24,483 bases of DNA from Methanocella sp. (GTDB lineage: Archaea; Thermoproteota; Bathyarchaeia; Bathyarchaeales; Bathycorpusculaceae), in contig JBLNCY010000062.1 of the NCBI GenBank assembly GCA_050261115.1, forward strand, positions 1 to 24,483, written 5' to 3'. Both the position numbers and the translations under genes were made by a program. The notes beneath the pieces were generated by a model. The model did not search any database. It was not told the origin of the DNA and saw only the letters and a program-made list of their open reading frames with translations. Positions 1-7,612 of this stretch are shown in pieces (positions within the stretch are counted from its first letter, which is position 1; each line of letters opens with the position of its first letter).

Positions 1-1
1 A

Positions 2-67
2 GCAATCTTCCTCTATGTTGCATATCGAACGTTTCACGGAAACGACAAAAGAGACAATACCAAGTGA
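2..67 (+). CDS. 3' end of a 7-TM membrane protein, paralog of 3062..3739 (partial, begins before the window)
   Basis: Frame 2 reads AIFLYVAYRTFHGNDKRDNTK*, matching the C-terminus GVFLYISYKSFHSANKEKEECT* of the 3062..3739 protein. Its TGA overlaps a GTG start, just as the intact copy's TGA overlaps an ATG. Confidence 0.75.
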   Translation, partial: AIFLYVAYRTFHGNDKRDNTK

Positions 68-154
68 AAAAAATCACGTGGAGCCGTATACGGAAAATTG
101 ACATTCTAAACTACGAAGAGAGCCTACAAGGATAGGATGGGTATAGCCAGATAA
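64..154 (+). pseudogene. internally deleted remnant of a winged-helix gene paralogous to 3736..4011
   Basis: GTG AAA AAA ATC (MKKI) vs ATG AAA AAA ATC; ILNYEE vs ILNQEN; stop at 133-135. A shifted frame gives RMGIAR* (134-154) vs RMGIAYM*. ATGGGTATAGC is identical at 137-147 and 3991-4001. Confidence 0.65.
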
Positions 155-297
155 ATGCGGTTAAACGTTTTCTTTGGCGCCCATTTGGGTTTGCTGAGGC
201 ACTGGACTTTAGGAGAAAATTAACTTAAGTAACGGTGTCTTGCAACCACCGTAAACTCGCCCAGTTTCCTACTCAGCCCCATCCGGGTGCTCAATAC

Positions 298-311
298 AAA
301 AAAAACAAAAA
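298..311 (-). terminator. oligo-T archaeal terminator candidate after the beta-propeller gene
   Basis: Minus strand TTTTTGTTTTTTTT about 30 nt past the stop at 342. Confidence 0.5.
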
Positions 312-341
312 GGGAGGAAAGATTGAATCTTTCACTCTTGT

Positions 342-2900
342 TTATGGTTTCTTGGTGACGAGCAGTGCTAGGACTGCGCCGACAACAACGATTGCAATGA
401 TGACGCCGACGATTGCTGGAACGAAGTATAGATCAGCTGCAGATGGTGCCTGTGTTGGAACTGGTGTTGGAGTTGCGACTGGTTCGTCAACTGCGAATGC
501 GGTGGAGGCGGCTGAGCCATAGTAGCCATTTGTGCCTGCGAAGGTTGCGATGACTTCATATTGTCCTGAGATGTCTGGACACCAGACTAAGCAGTAGTGG
601 CCGTATGCATCAGTGGTTGCGGTGCCGATTGTACGGAAGTTGCCGTTTGAGTCAACGACGTTGACGACGACGGTGACGCCTGTGAAGTCAGTTGGGCATG
701 CTTGGTCCATGTAGACATATTCCATCCAAGCTGCCATGCTTTCGTCAGAAGCGCATGGAACCCCGTTGGGGAAGCGCATTGCTTGCTCGGTTTGGGATGT
801 GCCTGGTGAGATGTCTGTCACTGTTCCGCTAATTACTACGCTTTGGCCAGCGGCTGCTGCTAAGTTTGGAGCGGACACTGTTGTTTTGGTCGCGCCTTTG
901 CTTATGCAGTAGAGTTGGTTGTCGTAGTAGTTGTAGTAGACTAGTGAGCCATCTGCTAGGACTGAGGTAGATGTACCTGTTCCGCCTGTTTGGCCAGCCC
1001 AGCTGAGCATCTTGTAGATTTCTTCACCGGTTGTTGCGTTGATACAGTATATGCTATAGCCGTTGTAGAGTGGACTGTTAGGTGAGTGCTCGTTGTTGAA
1101 TGCGTAGACTTTGCCGTCTGAGATTGCTGAGATGAAGATTGGCATCAAGCCCCAAGAGCCGATGACACCTGCGCTTGTGTTGTTGTATTTCCAGAGTAGT
1201 GAACCGTCGCTGCAGCTAATGGCTAGGAGTTCGCCACCGTAGCCTTGGACGTATAGGTTGCCGTAGGCTGTGACTGCTCTTTGACCAGAACCTGAGCCGC
1301 TTGCGAAGTACTGCATTGGGCGTAAGTCGAGGTCAGTGCTCCAGAGTTGGTTACCATTTTTGAGGTCATAGCCGAACCATTGCATTGTTTCGGAGTCAGT
1401 CATGGTCCAGACTCTGTTAACAGGGTCTAGTGGGCCTAGTTTGCGTGTTGTGTTGCCTTCGGGTGCAGTGTAGGATTTCTTCCACAGTAGGCTACCGACT
1501 CTATCTTCGGATAGGTCTAATGCCCATACGGTGTATGGGTTTGGAGTTCCTCTAGTGGTAGAGATGCCTGCGGTGAGTGAGGAGCTTGTTCCGAGTATTA
1601 CGTCATCCTCTAGGATGTACTGGATTGCTGGGGCGGAATTGCCTATTAAGTCTGCGTTGATGGTTACGTTCCATGAGTATGCTGTGCTGCAGTCGATGTT
1701 TTTGCCTGTTGGCCGGTATTGTAGGGCGCCTGAGCCTGTTCCGGGCGCGCTTGCTGCAACGCCAGGTGCTGCAGTCCAGTTCCAGAGTGCTAGCCAGCCA
1801 GATTTAGTTGTTTGGTTGTAGTTCAGGATGTATTTGACGATTTCGCCATTCTTTGTGTAAACTGTTGTGCCGCCTGATGGGACATTGGTTAAGTTGAATG
1901 CCCATTTGCCGGTTTCTGCATCCCAAGCGATCCAGGTAGTTCCTGATGTTTGCCATAGGTAACCGTTTGGTATGGTACCGTGCTGGTTTGGTGATTCATA
2001 GGTGTAGAGTTGGCCATAAGTTGGGTTGATGTTGTCGTTAGTCCATACAATTTCGCCTGTACGTAGGTCGATGCACATGTAGGTTCCGCGAGTGTTGTCA
2101 TCGCCTAGTGTTCCTTTGGTGTAGATTTTGCCGTCCATGATGATTGAGTTTTGGAATCTGCCTTGGTATGAACCGCCTGAGTAGTAGGTTGCTCCGTCAA
2201 CGACTGTGTTTGTTCCACCGACAACTCCTCCGGACTCAAATGGTAGTGTCCAGGCGATGTGTGGACTTGCGGGTGCAGAACCGACTGGTTGCCAGAGGTT
2301 ATAGCCGCCTTGTTGGAATGTGCCAAAGTAGTTGCCGCCGAGCCAGTGTGAGGCTATGGTGTACCAGTTATCGTTGGTACCGTAGATTGGGCGTGACCAG
2401 TATTCTGTTGGGAGAGCAACGTCAATTGCTCCAGTGACTGGTTCTTCTAGAACTTCAAGGGTTGCAGTTGCGTTAGCGCCTAGGAACCATACGCCTGAGT
2501 ATGATCCTGTCCATGTGTAGTTTTGTGCTGGATATTCGAAGAAGAATGTGTAGTTTCCTGCTTTGGTTGGTGTGAATCCGTATGCTTGAACGCCGGTTGT
2601 GTCCCAAATGACGTCCCATGTTTTTGTTTCTGTTTTTCCGTCTGGGTCTGTGATTGTTAATTTGTAGTCATGTCTTCTGATGTCGTTGGCTTCTGTTGCG
2701 CCTGGCATTGGGAAGTCAACCCACATTGCAACGTAGGAGGTTTGACCTACGCCGACTGGGTTGGGTTCAACGGAGAGAAAAGCGTATGAGGCCATCTCGC
2801 CGGAACTCTGTGCGCTGGCAGGCAATGAAACGAGAGCTGTTGCGACTGATATGAGCAGCATTGAGACGATTAAGATGGTTGCTAATTTTTGGTTTTTCAT
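342..2900 (-). CDS. secreted, C-terminally anchored PQQ-like beta-propeller repeat surface protein
   Basis: 852-aa ORF with an N-terminal signal peptide (MKNQK + hydrophobic stretch + ASA) and repeated blade motifs (CIDLRTGEIVW, AWDAETGKWAF, GYDLKNGNQLW, CINATTGEEIY). Ends in an Ig-like domain, a P/T linker, a TM helix and KKP. AGGAG Shine-Dalgarno upstream. Confidence 0.85.
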   Translation of the reverse strand: MKNQKLATILIVSMLLISVATALVSLPASAQSSGEMASYAFLSVEPNPVGVGQTSYVAMWVDFPMPGATEANDIRRHDYKLTITDPDGKTETKTWDVIWDTTGVQAYGFTPTKAGNYTFFFEYPAQNYTWTGSYSGVWFLGANATATLEVLEEPVTGAIDVALPTEYWSRPIYGTNDNWYTIASHWLGGNYFGTFQQGGYNLWQPVGSAPASPHIAWTLPFESGGVVGGTNTVVDGATYYSGGSYQGRFQNSIIMDGKIYTKGTLGDDNTRGTYMCIDLRTGEIVWTNDNINPTYGQLYTYESPNQHGTIPNGYLWQTSGTTWIAWDAETGKWAFNLTNVPSGGTTVYTKNGEIVKYILNYNQTTKSGWLALWNWTAAPGVAASAPGTGSGALQYRPTGKNIDCSTAYSWNVTINADLIGNSAPAIQYILEDDVILGTSSSLTAGISTTRGTPNPYTVWALDLSEDRVGSLLWKKSYTAPEGNTTRKLGPLDPVNRVWTMTDSETMQWFGYDLKNGNQLWSTDLDLRPMQYFASGSGSGQRAVTAYGNLYVQGYGGELLAISCSDGSLLWKYNNTSAGVIGSWGLMPIFISAISDGKVYAFNNEHSPNSPLYNGYSIYCINATTGEEIYKMLSWAGQTGGTGTSTSVLADGSLVYYNYYDNQLYCISKGATKTTVSAPNLAAAAGQSVVISGTVTDISPGTSQTEQAMRFPNGVPCASDESMAAWMEYVYMDQACPTDFTGVTVVVNVVDSNGNFRTIGTATTDAYGHYCLVWCPDISGQYEVIATFAGTNGYYGSAASTAFAVDEPVATPTPVPTQAPSAADLYFVPAIVGVIIAIVVVGAVLALLVTKKP

Positions 2901-2918
2901 TTTGTTTTCTCCTAAATT

Positions 2919-2975
2919 TTGTAACTTACAACGTAACAGCGTACGCTCTTAAGGCTCACTCACGATAGGTGAGTG
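2919..2975. promoter_or_regulatory. three palindromes in the divergent intergenic region (candidate operators or leader hairpins)
   Basis: TTGTAA-C-TTACAA (2919-2931), AGCGTACGCT (2938-2947), CACTCAC-N5-GTGAGTG (2957-2975). Confidence 0.5.
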
Positions 2976-3061
2976 CTAATTCAACAGAAGCAGTTGCATT
3001 TTATTCAAGTTGTTTATGTACAGCAATAAAAATAAGGTAGTTAACACAGTTGTCAGGGGAT

Positions 3062-3739
3062 ATGTATGAAGTTCCCAGAATCGCAGTAGAATTAGCCTCA
3101 GTAATTCTTTGCTTTGTTCTAGTAAGGTATATGATTAGGCCATATTTGCTTACAAGAGAGCAGCGCTATCTGGGACTTCCGCTTGGATTTGCCTTTATCG
3201 GGATATCGTCGATTTTTGTTATCCTTGCAATACTTGAGCCGCTGTTTCCCAGGTTCGTAATCATTTCAGTACTAATCAGAACCTTCGGGTTTGTTTTCCT
3301 TGCGATAACATACTATTTCTCCAAAAAGCCCGCCAATAATAGCCAATTACTCTGGAATGCAACGCTAAGTTTAGCGATTATAGGGCTAGCTAGCTTAAGC
3401 ATAATTGTCACAACCCCACTGCTAAACATGGAATTGATTGCCGGTTTCAACATCTTTCTACGCATACTTACTTTATTCTTCATTGCATACATCTGCATAC
3501 ATACCCTAAATAGCCACACAAAAAAGCCAAACCCAACCACCATTTGGATTCCACTAGGGTTTATCCTGTTTGGTATAAGCCAATATTCACTGCTTATCAG
3601 CTTTGTAGATTTACCGTACACAGCAGGAGCGGCATTCGTAGGAGGGTTAGTAGCACGTTTGCTTGCTTTAGGGGTTTTCCTTTATATTTCATATAAGTCG
3701 TTCCATTCAGCTAACAAAGAAAAGGAGGAGTGTACATGA
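3062..3739 (+). CDS. hypothetical 7-TM membrane protein, putative sensor
   Basis: Seven hydrophobic segments. ATG 3062 preferred over TTG 3050 because GGGGA lies just upstream. Overlaps the wHTH gene through ATGA. Confidence 0.8.
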   Translation: MYEVPRIAVELASVILCFVLVRYMIRPYLLTREQRYLGLPLGFAFIGISSIFVILAILEPLFPRFVIISVLIRTFGFVFLAITYYFSKKPANNSQLLWNATLSLAIIGLASLSIIVTTPLLNMELIAGFNIFLRILTLFFIAYICIHTLNSHTKKPNPTTIWIPLGFILFGISQYSLLISFVDLPYTAGAAFVGGLVARLLALGVFLYISYKSFHSANKEKEECT

Positions 3740-4011
3740 AAAAAATCGCCCGCAGAGACAAACTAAAAATTTATGGCGACCTCCTCTCAATCCTAAACCA
3801 GGAAAACACCAAAGAAAAAATCGTACTAACCAGAATCCAGATGCGCCTAAACGTTCCCTTTGACCGTCTGAAAAGCTACATCACCGAACTTGAAAACCTC
3901 GGCTTGATCGAGAAAGAAACGCTTCTAGTCACAGAGAAAGGGAAAGAGTATCTAAGAGAGTATGATAAGGTTCTGGATTTCATGAGGCGCATGGGTATAG
4001 CTTACATGTAA
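3736..4011 (+). CDS. small winged helix-turn-helix protein (archaeal HTH_45-like regulator)
   Basis: Pattern RRDKLKIYGDLL...LTRIQMRLNVPFDRLKSYITELENLGLI...VTEKGKEYL. AGGAGG at 3723-3728 precedes ATG 3736. Confidence 0.85.
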   Translation: MKKIARRDKLKIYGDLLSILNQENTKEKIVLTRIQMRLNVPFDRLKSYITELENLGLIEKETLLVTEKGKEYLREYDKVLDFMRRMGIAYM

Positions 4012-4083
4012 AACTTCGCAAGCAAATACGCTAGTTTCAGCGCAAGAATGCCCACATTATTAAGACTGGCATACACAAACCCA

Positions 4084-4138
4084 AGTTGAACCCATGGTTG
4101 ACTCTATATATAAGGAGGGGTCTATGGCATAGCAACAG
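4084..4138 (+). repeat. dispersed non-coding repeat, copy 1
   Basis: AGTTGAACCCATGGTTGACTCTATATATAAGG is 31/32 identical to 23210-23241, and similarity continues through AGGGGTC..GGCATAGCAACAG. Confidence 0.85.
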
Positions 4139-4270
4139 CCAAAAACAAAGGCAACACCAGAAAAACGACGCAAACCTGACAAGTCAACCAAAAAAAGAAC
4201 CAATGCAACCAAAGCCCAACCCAAACAGCAAAAACCCGCAACAGAAACAAGCAGCGGACTTTGGCGTAAA

Positions 4271-4289
4271 CATTATATGGCGTTTTAAC
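4271..4289 (+). promoter_or_regulatory. TATA-type promoter of radical SAM gene 1
   Basis: CATTATATGGC...TAAC starts 51 nt before the start codon. The same 11-mer lies 49 nt before the paralog. Confidence 0.6.
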
Positions 4290-4321
4290 GTGTAAGCAGT
4301 CACATATGGGGCTAATAGATC

Positions 4322-5707
4322 TTGAAAGTTACTCTTGTTAATCCGCCTTACCCTGAACATGCACATTCGCATCCGCCGTTCATTCCCCTAGGCATCGCAT
4401 ACTTGGGCGCCGTAGCACAACAAGCAGGACACGAAGTCAACGTAATCGACTGTCAAGCCGAACGCCTCACCGTCGAAGCATTCCGCCAACGCTTAAGCCA
4501 AGTCAACCCGGACGTCGTCGGCGTAACCTCAACCACACTCCTATACAACCAAGCAAAACGTATCTTGACAGCAGCCAAAGAGATCCATCCCAATGCAACC
4601 ACCATGATTGGCGGCTCACACGTAACATTCTGGGATGAAAACGCCCTAAACGAATGCCCCGCCATAGACGTTATAGTCAGACGCGAAGGAGAAATCACAT
4701 TTACCGAACTTCTCCAACGCAAACAAAACAACCAATCATTCGCAGGTGTACTGGGAACAACCATTCGGGGGCCAAACGGCACCATCATCCGCCATGAAGA
4801 CCGCCCCTTCCTCCACGACCTAGACTCATTACCCTCGCCAGCCTATCACCTGCTACCCATAGACGCATTCCACCGCATGGGCAAAACCATATTCCCACTT
4901 GTCACAAGCCGCGGATGCGTCCAATGGTGTGACTTCTGCAGCACCGTACGCATGTTCGGCAGAGGCTACAGGGTACGCAACCCCCACCGAGTCGTAGACG
5001 AAATGGAAATGCTCCACAACAAATATGGAGAAAGCCAATTCACTTTCTACGACGACGCATTCACCATTAACCGTAACCACACAATCGCAATGTGCCAAGA
5101 CATACTTGACCGCAAACTAAAAGTCGAATGGGACTGCGAAACACGCGTAGATGCGGTCGACAAAGAACTTTTAGAAATCATGCGTAGGGCCGGCTGCATC
5201 ACCATTTGGTTTGGCGTCGAATCTGGCTCAACTAAAATTCTTGAGAAGATGCATAAAAAAATTAATCGCGAACAGGTCAGGGAAGCCTTCAAAATGGCAC
5301 AGAAGGCAGGCATGATGACCATCGCATCCGCAGTCATCGGCTTCCCTGGAGAAACAGAGGAAACCGCCTGGGAAACCATCAACTTTATCAACAGCTTAAA
5401 CCCAGACGACATCGGCTGCTACATCGCCACGCCCTACCCCGGCACACCCATGTACGACGAAGTAGTCAAAAATGGCTGGTTAAGAGTCACCGACTTCAAC
5501 AAATACGACACCGCAACCCCAACCTTTGAAACCCCCGATCTTAGCATGGAGAAGCTCCGAGAAATCAAGTACAAAGCCCACCAGAAATTCTACCTTCGCC
5601 CAAGCTATGTACTAAAGATGCTACGGCGAGGAGGCACATACGGTAGATCAGGGCTCAAGACATCGGCAGCTTATGCGCTCCGTGCAATGCACATAAAACT
5701 CTCCTAA
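4322..5707 (+). CDS. cobalamin-binding radical SAM enzyme (class B methyltransferase-like), paralog 1
   Basis: N-terminal B12-binding domain (LVNPP, PLGIAYL, IGGSH, REGE); SRGCVQWCDFC gives CxxxCxxC; also FYDDAF, GVESGS, IGFPGET and TPYPGTP motifs. Confidence 0.9.
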   Translation: MKVTLVNPPYPEHAHSHPPFIPLGIAYLGAVAQQAGHEVNVIDCQAERLTVEAFRQRLSQVNPDVVGVTSTTLLYNQAKRILTAAKEIHPNATTMIGGSHVTFWDENALNECPAIDVIVRREGEITFTELLQRKQNNQSFAGVLGTTIRGPNGTIIRHEDRPFLHDLDSLPSPAYHLLPIDAFHRMGKTIFPLVTSRGCVQWCDFCSTVRMFGRGYRVRNPHRVVDEMEMLHNKYGESQFTFYDDAFTINRNHTIAMCQDILDRKLKVEWDCETRVDAVDKELLEIMRRAGCITIWFGVESGSTKILEKMHKKINREQVREAFKMAQKAGMMTIASAVIGFPGETEETAWETINFINSLNPDDIGCYIATPYPGTPMYDEVVKNGWLRVTDFNKYDTATPTFETPDLSMEKLREIKYKAHQKFYLRPSYVLKMLRRGGTYGRSGLKTSAAYALRAMHIKLS

Positions 5708-5715
5708 CCCAATTC

Positions 5716-5747
5716 TGCCGCTTTTGCGGTAATGCGCCTTTTCTTTT
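5716..5747 (+). terminator. hairpin plus T-tract between the two radical SAM genes
   Basis: TGCCGC-TTTT-GCGGTA followed by TTTTCTTTT. Confidence 0.45.
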
Positions 5748-5760
5748 CATTGTAAGAAAG

Positions 5761-5778
5761 CATTATATGGCATCTAAC
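5761..5778 (+). promoter_or_regulatory. TATA-type promoter of radical SAM gene 2
   Basis: CATTATATGGC...TAAC preceded by purine-rich AAGAAAG (BRE-like); matches 4271-4289. Confidence 0.6.
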
Positions 5779-5809
5779 ATTAGAACTCACACAAATCAAG
5801 GCGCCCAAC

Positions 5810-7192
5810 ATGAAAATCACTCTCGTCAACCCACCCTACCCGCCAAGCGTGCATTCACACCCACCATTTATCCCACTCGGTTTAGGATACCTAGCAGCAG
5901 TCGCCGAAAAAGCAGGCCACCAAGTCAATATCATCGACTGCCAAGCCGAGAAACTCACCTATGAAACCTTCCGTAGCCGTATTAGCCAAACACCCTCTGA
6001 CCTCATCGGCGCATCCGCCACCACTCTGCTCTACAAATCAGCCATGAATATCCTCACCATAGCCAAAGAAGCCCAGCCCAACGCAACCACCTCACTTGGG
6101 GGCAGTCATGGTACATTCTGGGATGAAAACGCACTCAAAGAATACCCAGCGGTTGATGTAATTGTCCGTGGAGAAGGCGAGGAAACCCTCGTTGATCTAG
6201 CGGCTAAACTTGAAGGCGGCGTAAATCTCGACAGTGTTTTAGGGATAACTTACCGGGACGGCGACAAAATTCGCCGCAACGCCGATCGCCCCTACATCAA
6301 AGACCTCGACAGCATACCCTTCCCAGCGCATCATCTCATGCCACTGGATAAACTCAGGCATAACGGCAAACTCCTCATCCCGTTGGTCAGCAGTCGTGGC
6401 TGCGTGTATTGGTGTGACTTCTGTAGCACCGTACGCATGTTCGGCAGAGGCTACCGTATGCGCAGCGCCAAAAATGTGGTAGACGAGATGCAGTTTGTCC
6501 ATGACAAATATGGCGTTGACCAGGTGACTTTCTACGATGATGCATTTAGCGTTGACCGTAATCGGGTGCTTGGGATATGCGAAGAACTGCAGGCAAGAAA
6601 CTTGAAACTAATGTGGGACTGCGGCACCCGCGTAGACATGGTTGACCGAGAACTCATGACAACTATGCGTAAAGCAGGTTGCATCGCTGTTTGGATGGGC
6701 GTTGAATCAGGCTCGGAGGCTATACTGGGTGCCATGAACAAGAGCATAAAGCTGGAGCAAACACTCAAAGCGTTCAAAACAGCTCAACAAGTCGGTTTGA
6801 TAACAATCGCAAACGTAGTACTGGGTTTCCCGGGCGAAACAGAACAGACCGCTAAAGAAACCATACAGTTCGTCAAAAAAGTCAACCCTGACGATGTAGG
6901 CTTCTACGTAGCAACACCCTATCCAGGAACACCCATGTATGAACAAGTCATAAAAAATGGCTGGTTAAGAACAGACGACTTTGACAAATTCGACACCGCT
7001 GGACCAACCTTTGAAACACCACAGTTAAAAATGGAGACGTTAGCAGAACTCCGAGCTAAAGCCTACCAACAATTCTACCTCCGCCCAAGCTATGTCCTGC
7101 GTATGATGCGCAAGGGCGGCACATATGGAAAATCCGCGGTTAAAACTTCAGGCGCTTACCTACTGAGGGCTTTGCACTTGAAGTACTGGTGA
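5810..7192 (+). CDS. cobalamin-binding radical SAM enzyme, paralog 2
   Basis: Colinear with 4322..5707 from end to end; SRGCVYWCDFC motif. Confidence 0.9.
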   Translation: MKITLVNPPYPPSVHSHPPFIPLGLGYLAAVAEKAGHQVNIIDCQAEKLTYETFRSRISQTPSDLIGASATTLLYKSAMNILTIAKEAQPNATTSLGGSHGTFWDENALKEYPAVDVIVRGEGEETLVDLAAKLEGGVNLDSVLGITYRDGDKIRRNADRPYIKDLDSIPFPAHHLMPLDKLRHNGKLLIPLVSSRGCVYWCDFCSTVRMFGRGYRMRSAKNVVDEMQFVHDKYGVDQVTFYDDAFSVDRNRVLGICEELQARNLKLMWDCGTRVDMVDRELMTTMRKAGCIAVWMGVESGSEAILGAMNKSIKLEQTLKAFKTAQQVGLITIANVVLGFPGETEQTAKETIQFVKKVNPDDVGFYVATPYPGTPMYEQVIKNGWLRTDDFDKFDTAGPTFETPQLKMETLAELRAKAYQQFYLRPSYVLRMMRKGGTYGKSAVKTSGAYLLRALHLKYW

Positions 7193-7558
7193 ATCTTTTT
7201 CTCTAATTCTCCGCACATAACCAACTAGTGCCAGAGCTATTACCGCTACTCCAAGCGAGACAGTAATGGAATCAAAGTTTATTCCAATGGGAGATAATCC
7301 TAGAAATAACCCAATCAGCCCTGCAAGCCCAAGGCTTAAGGCTACAGATAAGACGAGGCTTTCGATGAGATCAAGCCGGTTTTTACCCAAGAAGAGGATG
7401 TTGATTAAGCAGTAACCCGGAAGGAACGCAACGAAGCCGAAACCTAAAACATAGCGGATGACATTAAGAGGGGAATAGTCGGCGGGAATAATGTACACTG
7501 AGAGATAGGTCATTAGCGTGAGCGCGAGGATGATTCCGAGCCATCTTTCTGGTTTCAA
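7160..7558 (-). CDS. DUF1616-like membrane protein (4 TM, no soluble C-terminal domain)
   Basis: RYVLG..FVAFLPGY.LI..LF followed by LD.IE.LVLSVALS is the DUF1616 N-terminal pattern. TTG start. 33-nt convergent overlap with radical SAM 2. Confidence 0.75.
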   Translation of the reverse strand: MKPERWLGIILALTLMTYLSVYIIPADYSPLNVIRYVLGFGFVAFLPGYCLINILFLGKNRLDLIESLVLSVALSLGLAGLIGLFLGLSPIGINFDSITVSLGVAVIALALVGYVRRIREKDSPVLQVQSPQ

Positions 7559-7591
7559 GAGAGCACTTCAGTATTCATATATTTTTTTAAC

Positions 7592-7609
7592 AAAAGAAAA
7601 AAGGAAAAA
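7592..7609 (-). terminator. pyrimidine/T-rich terminator candidate after mtrH
   Basis: Minus strand TTTTTCCTTTTTTCTTTT immediately after the stop. Confidence 0.5.
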
Positions 7610-7612
7610 GCT

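Noticed and set aside
208-2916. 12-bp inverted repeat TTTAGGAGAAAA (208-219 / 2905-2916) flanking the propeller gene, as possible transposon or invertible-segment ends
   Set aside because: One arm is the gene's own SD region, the match is short and AT-rich, and no recombinase or target-site duplication is visible.
3062-3739. 7-TM protein as a microbial rhodopsin
   Set aside because: No mid-helix-7 retinal-binding Lys (DxxxK or SxxxK) and no helix-3 RYxDW-type motif.
4086-4295. Small ORFs MNPWLTLYIR... here and at 23212..23412
   Set aside because: They share only the translated non-coding repeat, and indels shift the frame right after it, so conservation is at the DNA level.
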